Assembly (NCBI GenBank): GCA_964035545.1
Contig: OZ037767.1
Coordinates: 26,366,628-26,430,627, forward strand
Reading direction: 5' to 3'
Source: Bugula neritina
Lineage: Eukaryota; Animalia; Bryozoa
Length of the DNA: 64,000 nt
The notes beneath the pieces are model-generated. The model worked only from the letters and a program-made list of their open reading frames with translations, was not told where the DNA came from and ran no database searches. Positions within the stretch are counted from its first letter, which is position 1. The number at the start of each line of letters is the position of its first letter. Below, in pieces: positions 13,001-26,912 of this stretch. The position numbers were made by a program, and so were the translations under genes.

Positions 13001-16000
13001 AGAACACTCAATATAAGCAGAGTGGAGGATGGAGAGAGAAGACATACCTTCGGCAGCCGGCCAATCGGCAGCATTGGTTAGAGAGCCAGGGTCTGAACCA
13101 TACTTGCTGAGCATGCTCTCTCTCGTCAGGGTAACCATGACCGTCACTATGGCATTGGCTGTAATACTGTTATCTTCATCGTCCAGTACTGCATAACAAA
13201 GGACAACACATTTCTTGTAATTCACAAATATAGTTATTCACAAGTATAACTAATGGAGAGCTAGAAATGAGTGTGCAGTGAAATTCTTCTTCTATTGGTT
13301 TCAGGGGATCAGATATCAATTGTCTCAACAATAATCAAGTAAAACTTATTGAAGTGCATTGCTAAAATTAGGCCAAAATAGGCTGTGAAAATTGCCCATT
13401 ACTATTAAAACCCATTAATTGAGATCTAAACGCTTCACCTTTCATGTCACATTGCATTGCCACAGCTGGTATAGATCTCAATGTATTTATAATATTGTTA
13501 TATTCCTGGTCTTCCAGATGTTTGACGAGACTTCGTCTGTCTTCGTCGGCCAGTTGACAAAACTGCTTGAGATTACGTATAGCTCTCTGTAAAATATACG
13601 TACAAGTATATAGTATAACTTCATACACAGCACACATAACATACAAGTATATGGCATAGTTTCATATACAGCACACATAACATACAAGTATATGGCATAG
13701 TTTCATACACAGCACACATAACATACAAGTATATGGCATAGTTTCATACACAGCACACATAACATGCAGTGTGTAAACTGAAGCATCAGTCATATGGAAA
13801 GAAAATATATCATAATGTTTACAAAAATGGATAGAATTTTATGTAATACACATGCATATACTACACAGCAGTAGCATGTACTGTATTTAACAACTTAGAG
13901 TGAATGGTGCATGGCCAACAATTTATTAAAAGTCTTCAGTCGCTTAAATTTCCCATATAATTTAAAAAGTTGAGTATTTTTTTAAGTTACCTGACATAAA
14001 ATATACACAATAAAAAATAAAATTAGTCTGAAGCCTTCAATAAAATAAAAATGGCAGATGGCAGAATACCTTTATAGAGTACATAAATCCAAACTCACTT
14101 TTTTATTAACAAAATGCTTGAGTTGTTGTTCTGAAATATGTGGAAGCATGAGTAGTGGGGAGTTGTTTTCCCACAGACCTTGGACAAGCAGTGGACACAT
14201 CTTCATAATGTTTTCCAGGGTTTCCAACCTTGGCTTAGTAGCTACAACATATATTATGTAACCATGTAAATAGACAATGCTAGAGTTACTGAGTTATAAT
14301 ATACAATAGTATATCAAATTATTAAACCTGAAGAAAGGTGAGATGCTATATTGGCAGCACCAGTCATTTTCAGCAGCGAATTATAATAATATGTTGAAAA
14401 GTACTTGAAAAGTAGTTAAAAAGTTTTTTACCATCATGATACATAATCAAGGAAAAGCTACTAATTTCATTCCAATGGCCAAGTTGTGTGCCTGTACCAA
14501 CTCTCAAAAATCATTAAACAAACACTAAACTCACTGCAAGGTTGGAGTTATAAAAACTAAAACTTGTAATAAAATAAAATTAGGAAATCTGACAAAAACA
14601 AACTTCCCTTATATTGTGTCAAGCAATAGTGCAGATGTCTTAATAATTAATTACCATGACTTTGTATAAAATAGTATACCTATATTGCATGTCTGAATAC
14701 ACAACAAAATACAAATGATATACATAATATCCAGTAATACAAGTACATATACAAGTAATACTATGCTAAACACTATTGAATTATATAATTATAAACTTCC
14801 ACTTGTACAAAACCAAGTGTGCCAATCAGGTGTAATGCATATAACACAGAGTTCAGTATTTAAACTTGTAAGACTGGAGATATCTAGTAAATACTAACCG
14901 TGGCCAGCTTTAGACATGGCAGTCAGTTGCGCGCATATCTGCACCATCTCGTTAATGAGTGTGGGGCATTTGCTGAGCAGATGGAGCAGATCGCTATGAA
15001 GATGTGTGGAAGGCAGCTGCAATCTCTGCATGTGAGCCAATAGCAAGGCTCGTGCTTTTACACTGTATGGAAAGCATAGCGGTTGTTCTCGGTTCTTTTC
15101 ATTGAGATAGGTAGAGCTGACGTCCCTCATTAGCTGTGAGTAAGTTGGGAAACATGTGTTAGTTCTAAACTATGCATTAGTATTCATAGTAATATATACG
15201 TATTTACTTTTCATGTGGAAGGCTGGTGGTAGTTACGTCACAGTAAGGGACGATCACCCACCTGCCGAACCTCTTCGTCATCCGTGGGTCGCTCCACCAC
15301 TTCATTGTTGTGTCTTTTCCAGAACTCAAAAGAAGCAGCGAGGATCATAAACGCTCCTATAATTAAAGAGAACAAATTTACCACAGACTTTGTATAATAT
15401 GCATGCTGTATATTAGTTGAATTATCAGAGCACAAATCAGTTAAGAACTGTTAAACACAGGCAGAAAAAGCGTTGACAATGGTGGTGGTAGTGATACCCT
15501 GCGTACACTTGCATACAGTTTCTACTTGCATACAGTTTCTACTTGCATACAGTTTCTAATTGAATATTGTTTTAGAAGAGAAATCTGCTTACGACTCACT
15601 CTTAAACACCATGTTGGGGGTTTTATTGATGAAATAGTAATAGAGCTGAGTGGTTGGCAGGAGTATCTTATCTCCACTATACTTGATCGACTTGTACCAC
15701 CAGGTGCCCTGCAACATAGCACAGTATTAAGTGAACACAACTCCAAAATATCAGAGTAGCAATATAAAGATACAGCAGTAGTAATAATACAACGTATGAT
15801 TCTCACATCTTTGAAGTCTTACCGGAATATGAAAAAGGTGTTAATGCTTATACTTGATATATTAAAATATTACAACATACAACCATATTCTCTCTACCAT
15901 AAAAACCAATCATATAAAGCAGCATGTCTCACACACAGAGTTAGAAAGTTCTATATGATGGGGTACCGAGAGGAAAAACACACTTTAACGGCAAACACAC

Positions 16001-19000
16001 AACTACTTGTACTGAAGAGGCTAAACTAAATTTTCAACCATAGTTGAAGTTTTTGCCTCATATTGTTCCTTAAATAGCAACAGACTAGCTGGTATAAGGG
16101 TTAATGTCATAAATAGCAATAATAATTATGATAATAATAATAATTGTGATTTAAAGACAACCAGATGTTTTAGACTTGTTACAATAATATGATTGCTGAG
16201 AAATAAAACATTCTAAATGCAGGCAGGTTGAGCTTATATAATAGTGTAAATAATTTAAACACACATAACATCAAGGATTATAACATATATCTCACCACTA
16301 CAGCTGGCAGTATAACCATAAACACAATAACGTAGGACATGAGAACCCATATAGATGTGTTTCCTTCCACCAACCACTTGGGTAAAGCTATCCCAAACTG
16401 CATTGCACCTGGCCCGTCAGGATTTCCATATTCCTCCCAATTCTTTCTCGACTCTGCATCTGTTAGACTGTAAGAAAATATCACAATTACAAGAATATGT
16501 GTTCATTGAAGTCAATATAGTATTATATTACTAGTAAAGTAATATCATTAGTAACATAATATTGTATTATATATAGAAAACAGTAAAACTGCATTATATA
16601 GTATTACATATATATGCTATGCTACTATTACATTGCAGTAATACTGAATTACATAAAATTTATAATACTGTATTACCATGTAATAGAGTATATTACTAGT
16701 ATCAAGCTACAAGCCAACTGCACAATATTATTATTATTTACACAATATTACAATAAATGACACTGCTGGATACCACGACTACCGCCTACACTACCTCACT
16801 TCAACATCAACTTACGCGGCGTATGCCTTGGCAATCCTTAAGAACATAGTGTCATCTCCGCCACTCTTATCGGGATGGTGGACTTTACTCAGATCTCGAT
16901 ATTGCTGTCTAATTTCTTTGTCTGATGATCCCTGCAAGATGTTATTAAATGCATCAAACAAAACTACAATACAGTTTAATCTCAATTCTGGGAACATACA
17001 ACCCCATTTCTAACAGTAGTTACCTCAGAATACCGAACAGTGCTACAACTACTTCCTGTATAAATGCAAAGCACGATCTCGGCAACTTTGATCTCAGGAA
17101 TTTCCTAAAATCCTAAAAGTTTGAAGTTGTCTTATTTCTATGTTTTAATATAATTGGCCAAGCTTGTGCATACAAACTATACTTCTGAGTTAAATTGTAA
17201 AGTTTGTAAAGTTTTGGTAAATTACCTCAGACATTCAACAGTACATACAAAATGTGACATTCCAAAACAGTGTATAATTAACACATGAAAGCAGGTGTTC
17301 CCTATTGTTACTTCAAATAAACAAGAGAAAACAAAGACCCAGCAGCGTCCACACATTATAACAGATGTCAATCAAAATAACCAAGACTTGTGGAAACTGG
17401 AACTTCAAATCATGAAATCAGTGAAAGTATCTCCTCATTCCAAAAAATCAAGAACGGGCACCCCACCAGAGCAACACAGAATAACAACTCAAATTTGAAG
17501 CCCAGAATCTGCAACTCAAATAACCACTTAAGTCCTCATTAAGGGTCGAGAATCTGGCATTTAGATAGTACAGAGAAAAAATCTCAGATATTAGGATATC
17601 AGATTTTAGAGTGCAGATAATTATAAAGGTTGCAATTTGATGTAAATTTATGAGTTATTTTACCAGTGCTTTATCGGTTAAATGTAGCTATACATTTTAT
17701 TAGGGAAAACCCAAGGATAAGTTTTCTAATGATTATACAATTAGACAGATGTGGCAGTGATAACAAGAAACTACTGGAAGCTTATTATGCACACCACGTG
17801 TACCAACTCATCCTCTACACCACGTGTACCCACCGCTTCTAGAACATTCCCAAACAAATTTGATGTCTAAAATCAAGGCTGGTGCAGTCAAGCATTTTGA
17901 AAATCTGATTGATTGCAGTAACTTCCTATACGCGACTGACGTGTACACCTGCCATTGTGCAACAGAGCATAGTGATATACTATATATATTCCACGTTCCA
18001 CTTCAACTCTTTTTACATATAAATTGCAATATAATAAGGCAATAGTGGAAGGAAACAATGACTTTTAATCAGTGATTCAGCAAATAACCATAAGTTTGAG
18101 CATATAGAGATCTTACCCTGTCTATACCCAGCACTTCGTAAGGATCATACTCCACATGGTCAGTTTTTATCTGAGCCACTTTATATGCAGCCCAGGCAAA
18201 GAGTATCCACCCTACTATCACCACTATATACCTGAAACACAACACAAACCATACAGCACAAATATATCATCATTTAAGATGAAATACATTCAATTCACGA
18301 TCATAACTTACAATATTTTTTGAATAAATCTCTCTTTTGGTTTTGAAGCATGCAATCTTCTGTTTTTGGCCTGGCATGCCTCACAATGACATATTGTTTT
18401 GTCTTTATCTTTAGGATCTACAACATAAATCATACTTATTGTCTGATAGATATATCCTACTAGCAAAGAATTATACGCTCGTGATACTTATATAACAATA
18501 ATTATAGAAGACAATAATACATATTGTAAGCTGCTGAAGCAAATTTTGAACTAGTTACACAATGCGATAAATTTTTTAAACTAGCATTTATCATTTTATT
18601 GTGAAAATAAAATATATAACAAAATTTAAGAATAAAAGGTTAAATGGCATCTTTGTTATTGGTAGATTGAGCTAAAGTTTGAGTTAGATCTAAAATATGT
18701 GCAGAAAGATACTCTCACTGCTTTTATAACATCAAAAAGATGATAAAACGGTGAGCTTTTTCTAGGAATTCTTATGAGCTTTGGTTGAGCTGTCAGCAAG
18801 TAGGTTAAATACTTGGAGCAAACGAAAATACTAAACATTACTGAAAATAAAACATGTAATTTAAAAAATTCCATATCCTTTTCCAACAAGTTTGCTAGTC
18901 CAGTTGAAACAATGGCAACATTTAAAATAGTAAAGCTGATTATTCAGCATTCACATAACTATCACTACTGTTAGTGTTACACAACCATAACTTATTCTTA

Positions 19001-19665
19001 TAAAATAATTAGAAACCCAGTGGTAGCCTAATCGGTAATCATAACCATAATGGTTATACCAGCTTTAACAAATCAACTCAGAGTCTAACTCACGGTATGC
19101 TAAAAAAAATACTTAACACATTTCTTTTTTCATTATATTTTTTCACTTACAATTGATCCCCAACCACACAATAAGTTTAACTTTAAAGAAACCAAGCTTA
19201 TTGCCTACGGCTATTGCCATTGGTCTTAAATCAATAATTGAACTTAACTGCTTGTTTTTTGATGTTTACGAAACGACCTGAAAAAAGTGGGCACGAAGCG
19301 ACTTGTGTACTAAATCAAAATGACTTAAATCATAAAATTAAATCATAATAATAGTCATAATGATAACGATTATCATTATTATTATGGTATTGATATTCAA
19401 TTTGAAATTCATATTCATATTCATATTGATATTGATTATTAATAATTATAATGATAAATAATATTATTATATAACTATTCATTTATAATCAATAATTATA
19501 TTTTAATTTTTATTGACTTAAATTTAAAAATATAAACATACCTTTATCTTCTTTTGCTCTAAAGACCCATATAGAAAATGGTATTAAAGCTAATGCATAA
19601 AATGACACTAAAAAGTAATAAAATGTGCTGCCAGTCTCATCATACTGGAAATTCATTCCAGCCAT
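10062..19665 (-). CDS. SEC63: Translocation protein SEC63 homolog (J-domain, 3 TM, Sec63/Brl domain, acidic tail), about 18 exons
   Basis: Starts [19 protein letters not shown] (19542-19665). J domain [10 protein letters not shown]...[12 protein letters not shown]...[44 protein letters not shown]. Also [17 protein letters not shown] and [22 protein letters not shown]. The acidic C-terminus ends with TAA at 10062-10064. Confidence 0.97.
11245..11552. repeat. 21-bp minisatellite (CTAGTACCRCCTACTTAYCRC) in a SEC63 intron
   Basis: About 14 copies; accounts for the spurious LVPPTYH and PSTAYLL ORFs. Confidence 0.95.
12190..12268. repeat. 19-bp tandem repeat (CTATACTAACACACATACA)
   Basis: About 4 copies, intronic. 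Confidence 0.85.
12515..12700. repeat. 21-bp minisatellite (TACACTATACTGACACATATC)
   Basis: About 8 copies, intronic. Confidence 0.92.
13600..13765. repeat. 41-bp tandem repeat next to a SEC63 acceptor
   Basis: About 4 copies of GTTTCATACACAGCACACATAACATACAAGTATATGGCATA. Confidence 0.92.
15507..15558. repeat. 17-bp tandem repeat (ACTTGCATACAGTTTCT) x3
   Basis: Three perfect copies. Confidence 0.9.
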
Positions 19666-19669
19666 CCTC

Positions 19670-19990
19670 TTCTCCGGATGTTTAAATAACGCAGACCGTT
19701 TCAGAAACCTAATGAACAGAAAATGTGTATGAAGTGCAAAGGTAGTTTCACTATTCCTACTTGCTGTCCAACTAGACTATCATAAACGTGTTACAACCTA
19801 TTTGTCAACCTTTTATACATCGGTTAGAAACTGAATTTATAAAGATCATTTCTTTGCATTTTATGTCGTAGTTGTAGGTAAACAGCGAGCCCTGTTATAA
19901 TCGCTAGGGACGCCCAGGATAAGAATTTTCGTTTCAAATTCCTGAAATCAACACGCTTTGGGTTCGTCGAAAATGTTATTTTATCTCAAC
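19670..19990. promoter_or_regulatory. Putative shared promoter SEC63/TMEM107
   Basis: CpG-retaining island between divergent genes, flanked by very AT-rich low-complexity tracts. Candidate 5'UTR donor TAG|GTAAAC near 19877 and an acceptor at 20948 just before the TMEM107 ATG. Confidence 0.5.
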
Positions 19991-20956
19991 AGCTGCAAAA
20001 TGCCCCATTAATATAAATAGTTATTTTTAAAGTGTTTATAAAAAAAAGTTTTGCATTTTTCATACATTGTGGCATAAACGCTGGAATCAGTATAAATAAA
20101 AATTAGAAACATCGAAAATAAACTTAAAGGTAAACTTAAAATTAAACATAAACTTAAAGTTTAACTGTTAAAGCTATCATAATGACAATTAAATTGATTA
20201 TCATTATAATTATGTCATCATTAAAATTGAAAGATTTTTATTATGGATATAAATACTATGATTCTATTGATATTAATGGTAGTTAGATACTCCGAGGTTA
20301 TTGTTGGTCTCATACATAATCACCATCACTACACTCAAGCTCATGTTGATCTTATTATTATTTATTTCAATCACAATGATACTATTAATATTTATTTTGT
20401 AATTGATATTACCTACTATATTTTAAGTTTAACAAATGAAAATAAGAATATTCAGACAGTGAAAATCAAATCAACTTCAAATCAATTTTAAATGTTTTAT
20501 TGTATCACAGTGAAATCCTTAAATAATATTTCTTGCAGTGTTTTAAAAAATGCTCATCTAATACTGAATCAGTAAATTAAAAAGTGTAGAACATATTTTC
20601 CATATATTACTAAAATTGCTCATTTTTTCGTGGTTAGATATTTTGACATAGTATAAGTATAGAGCTTGTTATTAAACTAAACTAATCAATATCCTGAATC
20701 ATTTGGAATAAGCCTGCAAAAATTAAACATGAAACAAAAGACTAAATGATAACAATAAAAATTTAACAATATTATGGTTCAACGTAAAATAAAGTTGTAC
20801 AACAGTGCCCAAAGACAGCGTTCATTTGTTTTGTAACCTCACAATGTTATCACTTATAAATTTATCAAACTATACCTATCATTATATAAATGAGTAAAAT
20901 CTATTTAGACATTCAAAGTTTATGAATTCAAAGTTTTAAACATTGTAGATTGAAGA

Positions 20957-22507
20957 ATGAGGTTGAATGGACTGATACCAGCCAGGTTTATGCTTCTCGT
21001 AGCCCACCTTGTACTAGCCATCATTCTCTTCTCTTCTATTGTAAGTACCAGGGCTAAACTCCACATTTATTACCAGTGACTATTTCCTCTATGTCACAGC
21101 AGTTTTCAAATAAATGTTTTGTCAAAGTTCAAATCATTTATGAAAAATAATCATCACCAAGAATTTAATATATGGTATACATAAGAGTGTCAGTATAACC
21201 TGTTTTGTATACATTTTGCCCTGAATTTGTGTTGCATGTTTTATTTAAATACTTGTTCATAAAATTGTATATTTCATTTTGTATATTTGTACTCTGAAAT
21301 ACTATTGCTTAACAGTTATATCATACTGCCTTCACTCACAGGTGTTCTTGAAAGCAGAGTGTTATCTTTGTTAGTCCTAGTTTGATAAATGGCACCATAT
21401 GCTAGCTGCTCGCTCATACATCTATCAAGATTGTTTATCTTTTGGGGGCCAAAAAGATATAATTTATTTTGTTATAAAAAGTGTGTGTATCATAGATATG
21501 TTACTCTGTCTCATTGTGATATCAATCTGGAATGTTCCGCAGGAAGAAAACATAGTAGCCTGTTTACCGGAAGGTTCTACGATCACAGATGCTAAACGCA
21601 CAGAGTAAGTCTAGTGTTGAAATGATAAATATGCATATTATTTGGAGAAAAGGCAAGTTTTCCTATCAACAAATAATATGTTCTCTTGATATGAAATGTT
21701 TTGCTATGTTATTATTAGCTCGTTTTACTATGGTTGTTAAAAACATACAAGTATATTTTGTAAACTAATGTGTAAATAAAACTACAGATAGTGAATTGTG
21801 TATATTATAGTTACTGTTTTGTGTTATTAGATTCATAGTGGGATTAGCTTTAACAATTGGACTAATATCTATAGAGCTGCTTGGCTTTATCTCTGGAGTC
21901 AGCATGTTTATGCCAACTCAAGATATGATTTGTATCCTTTGCTCTACATCACTGAGAGATATGTATTGCATTCTATTGCCGTATGTGCTGTGTATAGTTC
22001 TAAGCTACAATTGTCCAAGTACATTTAGTGCACATCAGAATATACTATTAATCTGCCTACACTATTTTTACTCAGGCTAAAACTTTGAATGAATTTTATC
22101 TATATAATATTTACTGATGTTGTTGATCTTTCATATTGGCATGTGACCAGATTTACCTTTTTCTAGGGTATTTTCTATTTGATTTCAATAATTTTATTCT
22201 AAAATATAAAGGCCTGCTAGTAATAGTATGCAAGACCTTTCTCTTTGCATTGTAGATTTTTGGAAAACAATTACTTCAATTATGGTGTTCTTGTTTAAGT
22301 GTGTTCCTTCTGTTTCTATTTAATATCCTTAACCGGAACTATGTAGCCATATTTGCACACTGCTCTGGTACTGTTGCTTTAGCTTTCTTCATCTTCGAAG
22401 CTTGGCCGTGTACAACTTTCTGGTGGATATTCGGGTTCTGCAGCGTCTTCCCAGCCTTCACAGAAATTCTTGCTATTCTTGGATTTGTGTTGAATTGGAA
22501 TCTATGA
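20957..22507 (+). CDS. TMEM107: Transmembrane protein 107 (ciliary transition zone), 4 exons, 135 aa
   Basis: Exons 20957-21040, 21543-21604, 21831-21931 and 22347-22507. MRLNGLIPARFMLLVAHLV...NIVACLP...IELLGFISGVSMF...SIFAHCSGTVALAFFIFEAWPCTTFWWIFGFCSVFPAFTE matches the TMEM107 family as I recall it. Confidence 0.96.
21932..22346 (+). other. U12-type (minor spliceosome) GT-AG intron
   Basis: 5' site GTATCCTTT; branch site TCCTTAAC at 22326-22333, 13 nt before the exon; no polypyrimidine tract. Splicing restores the reading frame (T|CC = Ser). Confidence 0.93.
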
Positions 22508-24499
22508 TTTTGTTGAAGTAATGTTGTGTTACGTTTATTTTAATATACACTGTAACATATTTGTAAGTAGCCTTTGCACAATGAGATCTTCTCTTCATAT
22601 TCTATCTCTACATTCTGCTGCTGCTGCTGCTACTTCTAAAAATATCTTGGTTAAAAACTATCCGTCAATCATTTTTGGAGTTGTCACTTCCTATTGCTGG
22701 CACATCACTATAAGGTCACAAAATGTAAGTACATGTATGCTTTATGAGGTTGAAAAATGGTTTTCTGTCTTTAATATCTTATGTAATTCATTGAATTATT
22801 GACTCTCACTACTGTATTTTACTGTTTTTTTACTTTTTTAGCATAAAATATTTAGCATGTTTCATTTGATATCATTTAAAGCATCTCGTAAATTTAACTG
22901 TCCTATACTCAAAAGTAGAAAAAAATTGGCAACTTTATTGAAAGAAGTTGCGTTGTTAATAAGACACTAATTTGGTAATTAGTCTTCGAAGCCTATAATT
23001 TGCTGTTATTAAATGATTGACCATTGAAAATGTAATAAGTCAAAGTTAATTTGTACAAATATTTTATTTCATTTGTATATCATTAAAGTTCTGTCACAGT
23101 ATTTTTGTGAAAAGTCGCCGCAAATTGTTTTAGAACTTAAAATTTCAAATAATTGTAAAATTAAGTACATCTGATATTTTATTTCGTGTATAAACATCCA
23201 CATTAGATTTGTACTTTTCACAACTCAGTACATTGCATGTGCTATAACCTGGCATCAAAACAATTCAAAACTTTGTATCTATTGTTGGGTTGGGTTTTTA
23301 AAAGATATTGTAGACACGTGCTTAGTATACAATATTAGCGTCCATTAATTCCATCCATTAGTTGTGTTATATTAACTATATAGCTTGTGATGATCATCAA
23401 TTTTATACTCTTGTGTGTCTATTGCCAAATATATTATCTGAATTTCACTGCTCAGACTGTTTCTCTTATATACTCAGATAAAAAATATATGCAATAGAAT
23501 TTAATCATGGAGTTGTCCCTCCTCAGGATTCTTTGCCTTCAGCAGGTATATGCTATGTTATTCATAGTAGGGCACAGTTTTGATAGGTAGAATTACATTT
23601 ATTATTAACAAACTTAGAGCTTTATCTGCAGATGTTGGCAAATATAGCTTCTGCTTGCTATACTAAACGTAAAAATGAAATTTAATAATTTATATGTCAG
23701 AAAGTATAATATAAAATAATATGCTTCGATTATTGTGCAAAATATTAATAATATCAACAACATTATGAGATTATACTTTTCATTATAATAATTGCGTGTA
23801 AGTAATATGCTATCTGTATTATATACATTGCATGTTGCAATAAGCATTCATTATAAGCATACAGCATATATAATTTGTTACAAAATATTGGTTTAGGCAG
23901 TCCTACCGTACGAAATTACTTTAGTTTAGGGCAACCAGTCCTATAATATAGCCTATATTGAATATAGGTTGATTTCATGACTTCTAGGATAATATAATTA
24001 AAATAATACATACTGTACACTATAACGATGTACAGTATATGTCAGCTTAAGCTAGTATATATAAGCTTGTTTACATTATGCTTAAACAAATATCATTGCA
24101 GATTAGTTATTGCATGTTTTATTCTTACTTTTACCCAAACTGTCACCAGCGTATTAAAAAAATCTACCCATTTCATTATCGCTGGCTTGGTAGTATACAT
24201 CTAAGCAGTTTCACATAAATCAAATTTGCACTACAAAACATAATAGCATATATAATATAGCAATAACATTAATATACCAGGAACTAACACACTTACATAA
24301 CAACAACCACAACCTAAAACTTTTCTCTTTAAACTTCATTATAATTTTTAACTCTGCATATTTTAATGTAGCTCTTTTCTAAAGCAGCTCTAATCTATTT
24401 ACATTTTAATATCTATTTAACCTCTTGCTTTCTTATTTAGTTTACTTACCTTCATATCTCACTGTAGGAATATATATGCTAGTGTAGCCACCAGTTTGC

Positions 24500-24630
24500 A
24501 ATTAATTAATACAAGAGAGCAACGTTGGCCTAGCGTACAATCTTATCGTGACACAGGTCATAAATTCAGTGTAGGTTGTTGGTGATGACAGGAAGAGCAT
24601 TCAACCGTGACTGCCCCTGTGCTACTTGGG
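24500..24630 (+). mobile_element. Possible degenerate SINE core
   Basis: GTTGGTGATGACAGGAAGAGCATTCAACCGT resembles the GGCGACAGGAAGGGCATCCGGCCGT core I recall from invertebrate SINEs; a weakly similar copy lies on the - strand at about 42205-42275. Confidence 0.3.
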
Positions 24631-26348
24631 AAATTATTTAAACTACAATGCCAAGATTATGAAAGCACAGTCTTTAGCTCTTCCAATCATGAGTCCTCAC
24701 TGGATAGATATTGCAAAACAAACTCGAGTTGTTTGTTATCAATGATTGCAATCTCCCAGGTATAAAGTGTATTGAAAGTAGTTGATTGATAAATTAATTC
24801 TGAAATAGTTCAAAAACTGTTTGAGATTACAATTATTATATTATCATAATGGTAGTACGCTATGGCATTATAAACCGAACATTAAATATCTTCATATCTA
24901 TATCTGTAGGAATTCAAAGGTTTAATAGCTAATGAGGTTGAAAGGTCTCTTATTTTTGTGCTTTTTTTGCTTTATGATAGCCTATTTGAAGAAATTTTGA
25001 AAAAACCCTCTCAAGCTTTTTTATAACCTTTACAAAAAGTAAAAGTCCTAAAAAAGAGAAAGAATATAATTATATATTTCTTTATCTAATAAAAATTTTC
25101 TAGAATCAGAGCACTATAATAACTATAAAAATATTTATATGTTATGTTAAATGCATGATGATTTTAATGTTGCTAGGGAAGATTATTAAACATAAATGAT
25201 ATCAATTGCCGGTATTGTCAGTTCTATAGAAGTATCAATAATATATCTATTCTGTTGCATGTAATATACCTTATACTTGATCAAATTATAAGCTAATGAA
25301 AGATAATGCGGTGTATATTTTATATATGATTCTCTCAACTGTGCGCTACTACGCAATATAACTACACAATACTGTCGGAGTATTGTAATTATATACACTT
25401 AAGCTGAGAAAGCTGGTATATCTAAAATACTCTTTAGCTCAGCATTTGCAATTACTCCTTAAGCAAGTAAACAGGTCAGTCGAGAATAATCACATACTTG
25501 TAGGTGTATTCTGCATATATTTTAGACACTAGTGATTGGTTTTATAGATATTTACTTTATTTTACTTAGTTTGTGAAGGTTAGTGAAAGTATATTGAAAT
25601 TATTAACCTGTTGCTTGCAGTAAATACTACTTACTGTTGTAATACTGAGTAAGTTACTAACTTGTAAGTAGTGCATGTAAATGGTAACTGAGTAAAGTTT
25701 CATGTCCAAAGCCTAATATAGCAGCTACAGACACTAGATTTTAGATTTAATCCATTATAATATAAACTAGTTATTTGTTCATTTGTAGTAATATTTCATA
25801 TGTCACTCGCTAAATCGTAAGCTCTGCATTTTGACACCAGCTGATCATACAAAATCACTTCAATATAATATCTGATGGCTAAAGCTATAATAAAGTTACT
25901 TAAGGTTTATTTGCTGTTAGTTATTGCAAATTTACTGGAACAACTGTCATATTGTGGTTGGCCGTTAGCAGTTCGCATACAACTATTTAAATTCCAAGCT
26001 TAATAATGAATTTCTGCAGAGATATATAACAATACTAACTAGCTGTAGCTAATTAATAATATAAAACCTGAAGTACAACTAGTCATGTATATAGTATGGC
26101 TCCTCAGATGTTACAAAAGTCTAAAAATTTAGCGTACCAAACTGCATACCCCTATATAATATCACTGTGTTTAACTTGAATTATAAATTCATAGTGATAT
26201 CTGTTATATGCTGCCATAATAATGCAAATATTTAAAAGATCAAGTGATTGCAACAAATCTAAATGCTGAAAATATCATTAGTGTAAGCTGTTTATAATGT
26301 TAAATTAGTGTAACTGAATTATGATAAGAGAAATGTTGTATGTTTCAG

Positions 26349-26912
26349 ATGTTATTTTGGAAGAAGATGTTATCCTTAGCACTGCTTGTTCATAGTTTTG
26401 TACTTCTGGTTGCAACCAGCGAATTACCGACAATCTCTTTAGACACTTCAAAAAGACACATAAACAGCCTAGAATTTAAGTTAAACATCAATGACTCCAG
26501 TCAAGCAATAGAATCTTATGAAATAAAAGTTGAAGATACATTATCAACTGGTTTTATTACATATGAAGGGGATAGATACATCAACCTAGATGACCAAATA
26601 GCAAGAGTGGCAGTACCTGAGGCTAACCAAGCATATAATATCTGTATAATTGCTACACTCAAACAGAATGCATCAGAAGAATTAGGTGTTACCACGGTAA
26701 CAGACTGTATAGAAGAGTATACCATCAAGAAGATGTTGGCTAGTAGCGTAATTGCACTCTCTCTGACTGTGCTTATTTTCCTTGCCTGCATTATTATAGG
26801 CTATATTTCCTGGAAATGTGCAGCTAGAAGGTTGTACAAAAGAGACGAGTATGATAGATCAGATGCTACAGGGAGTGGAGATATTATACCATTAAACCAA
26901 ATTGAAGAGTAG
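26349..26912 (+). CDS. Small type I membrane protein: signal peptide, one FN3-like domain, TM helix, short tail
   Basis: Long open frame in AT-rich DNA, preceded by acceptor TTTCAG|ATG at 26349 (alternative Met at 26367). Hydrophobic signal MLSLALLVHSFVLLVATS; FN3-like pattern (YEIKV...NQAYNICIIA...DCIEEYT); TM SSVIALSLTVLIFLACIIIGYISW followed by basic KCAARR. Confidence 0.75.
   Translation: MLFWKKMLSLALLVHSFVLLVATSELPTISLDTSKRHINSLEFKLNINDSSQAIESYEIKVEDTLSTGFITYEGDRYINLDDQIARVAVPEANQAYNICIIATLKQNASEELGVTTVTDCIEEYTIKKMLASSVIALSLTVLIFLACIIIGYISWKCAARRLYKRDEYDRSDATGSGDIIPLNQIEE

Noticed and set aside
22508-23300. U8 snoRNA (SNORD118), which lies in the human TMEM107 3'UTR
   Set aside because: No recognisable U8 5' end or box C/D arrangement by eye; a covariance-model search would be needed.
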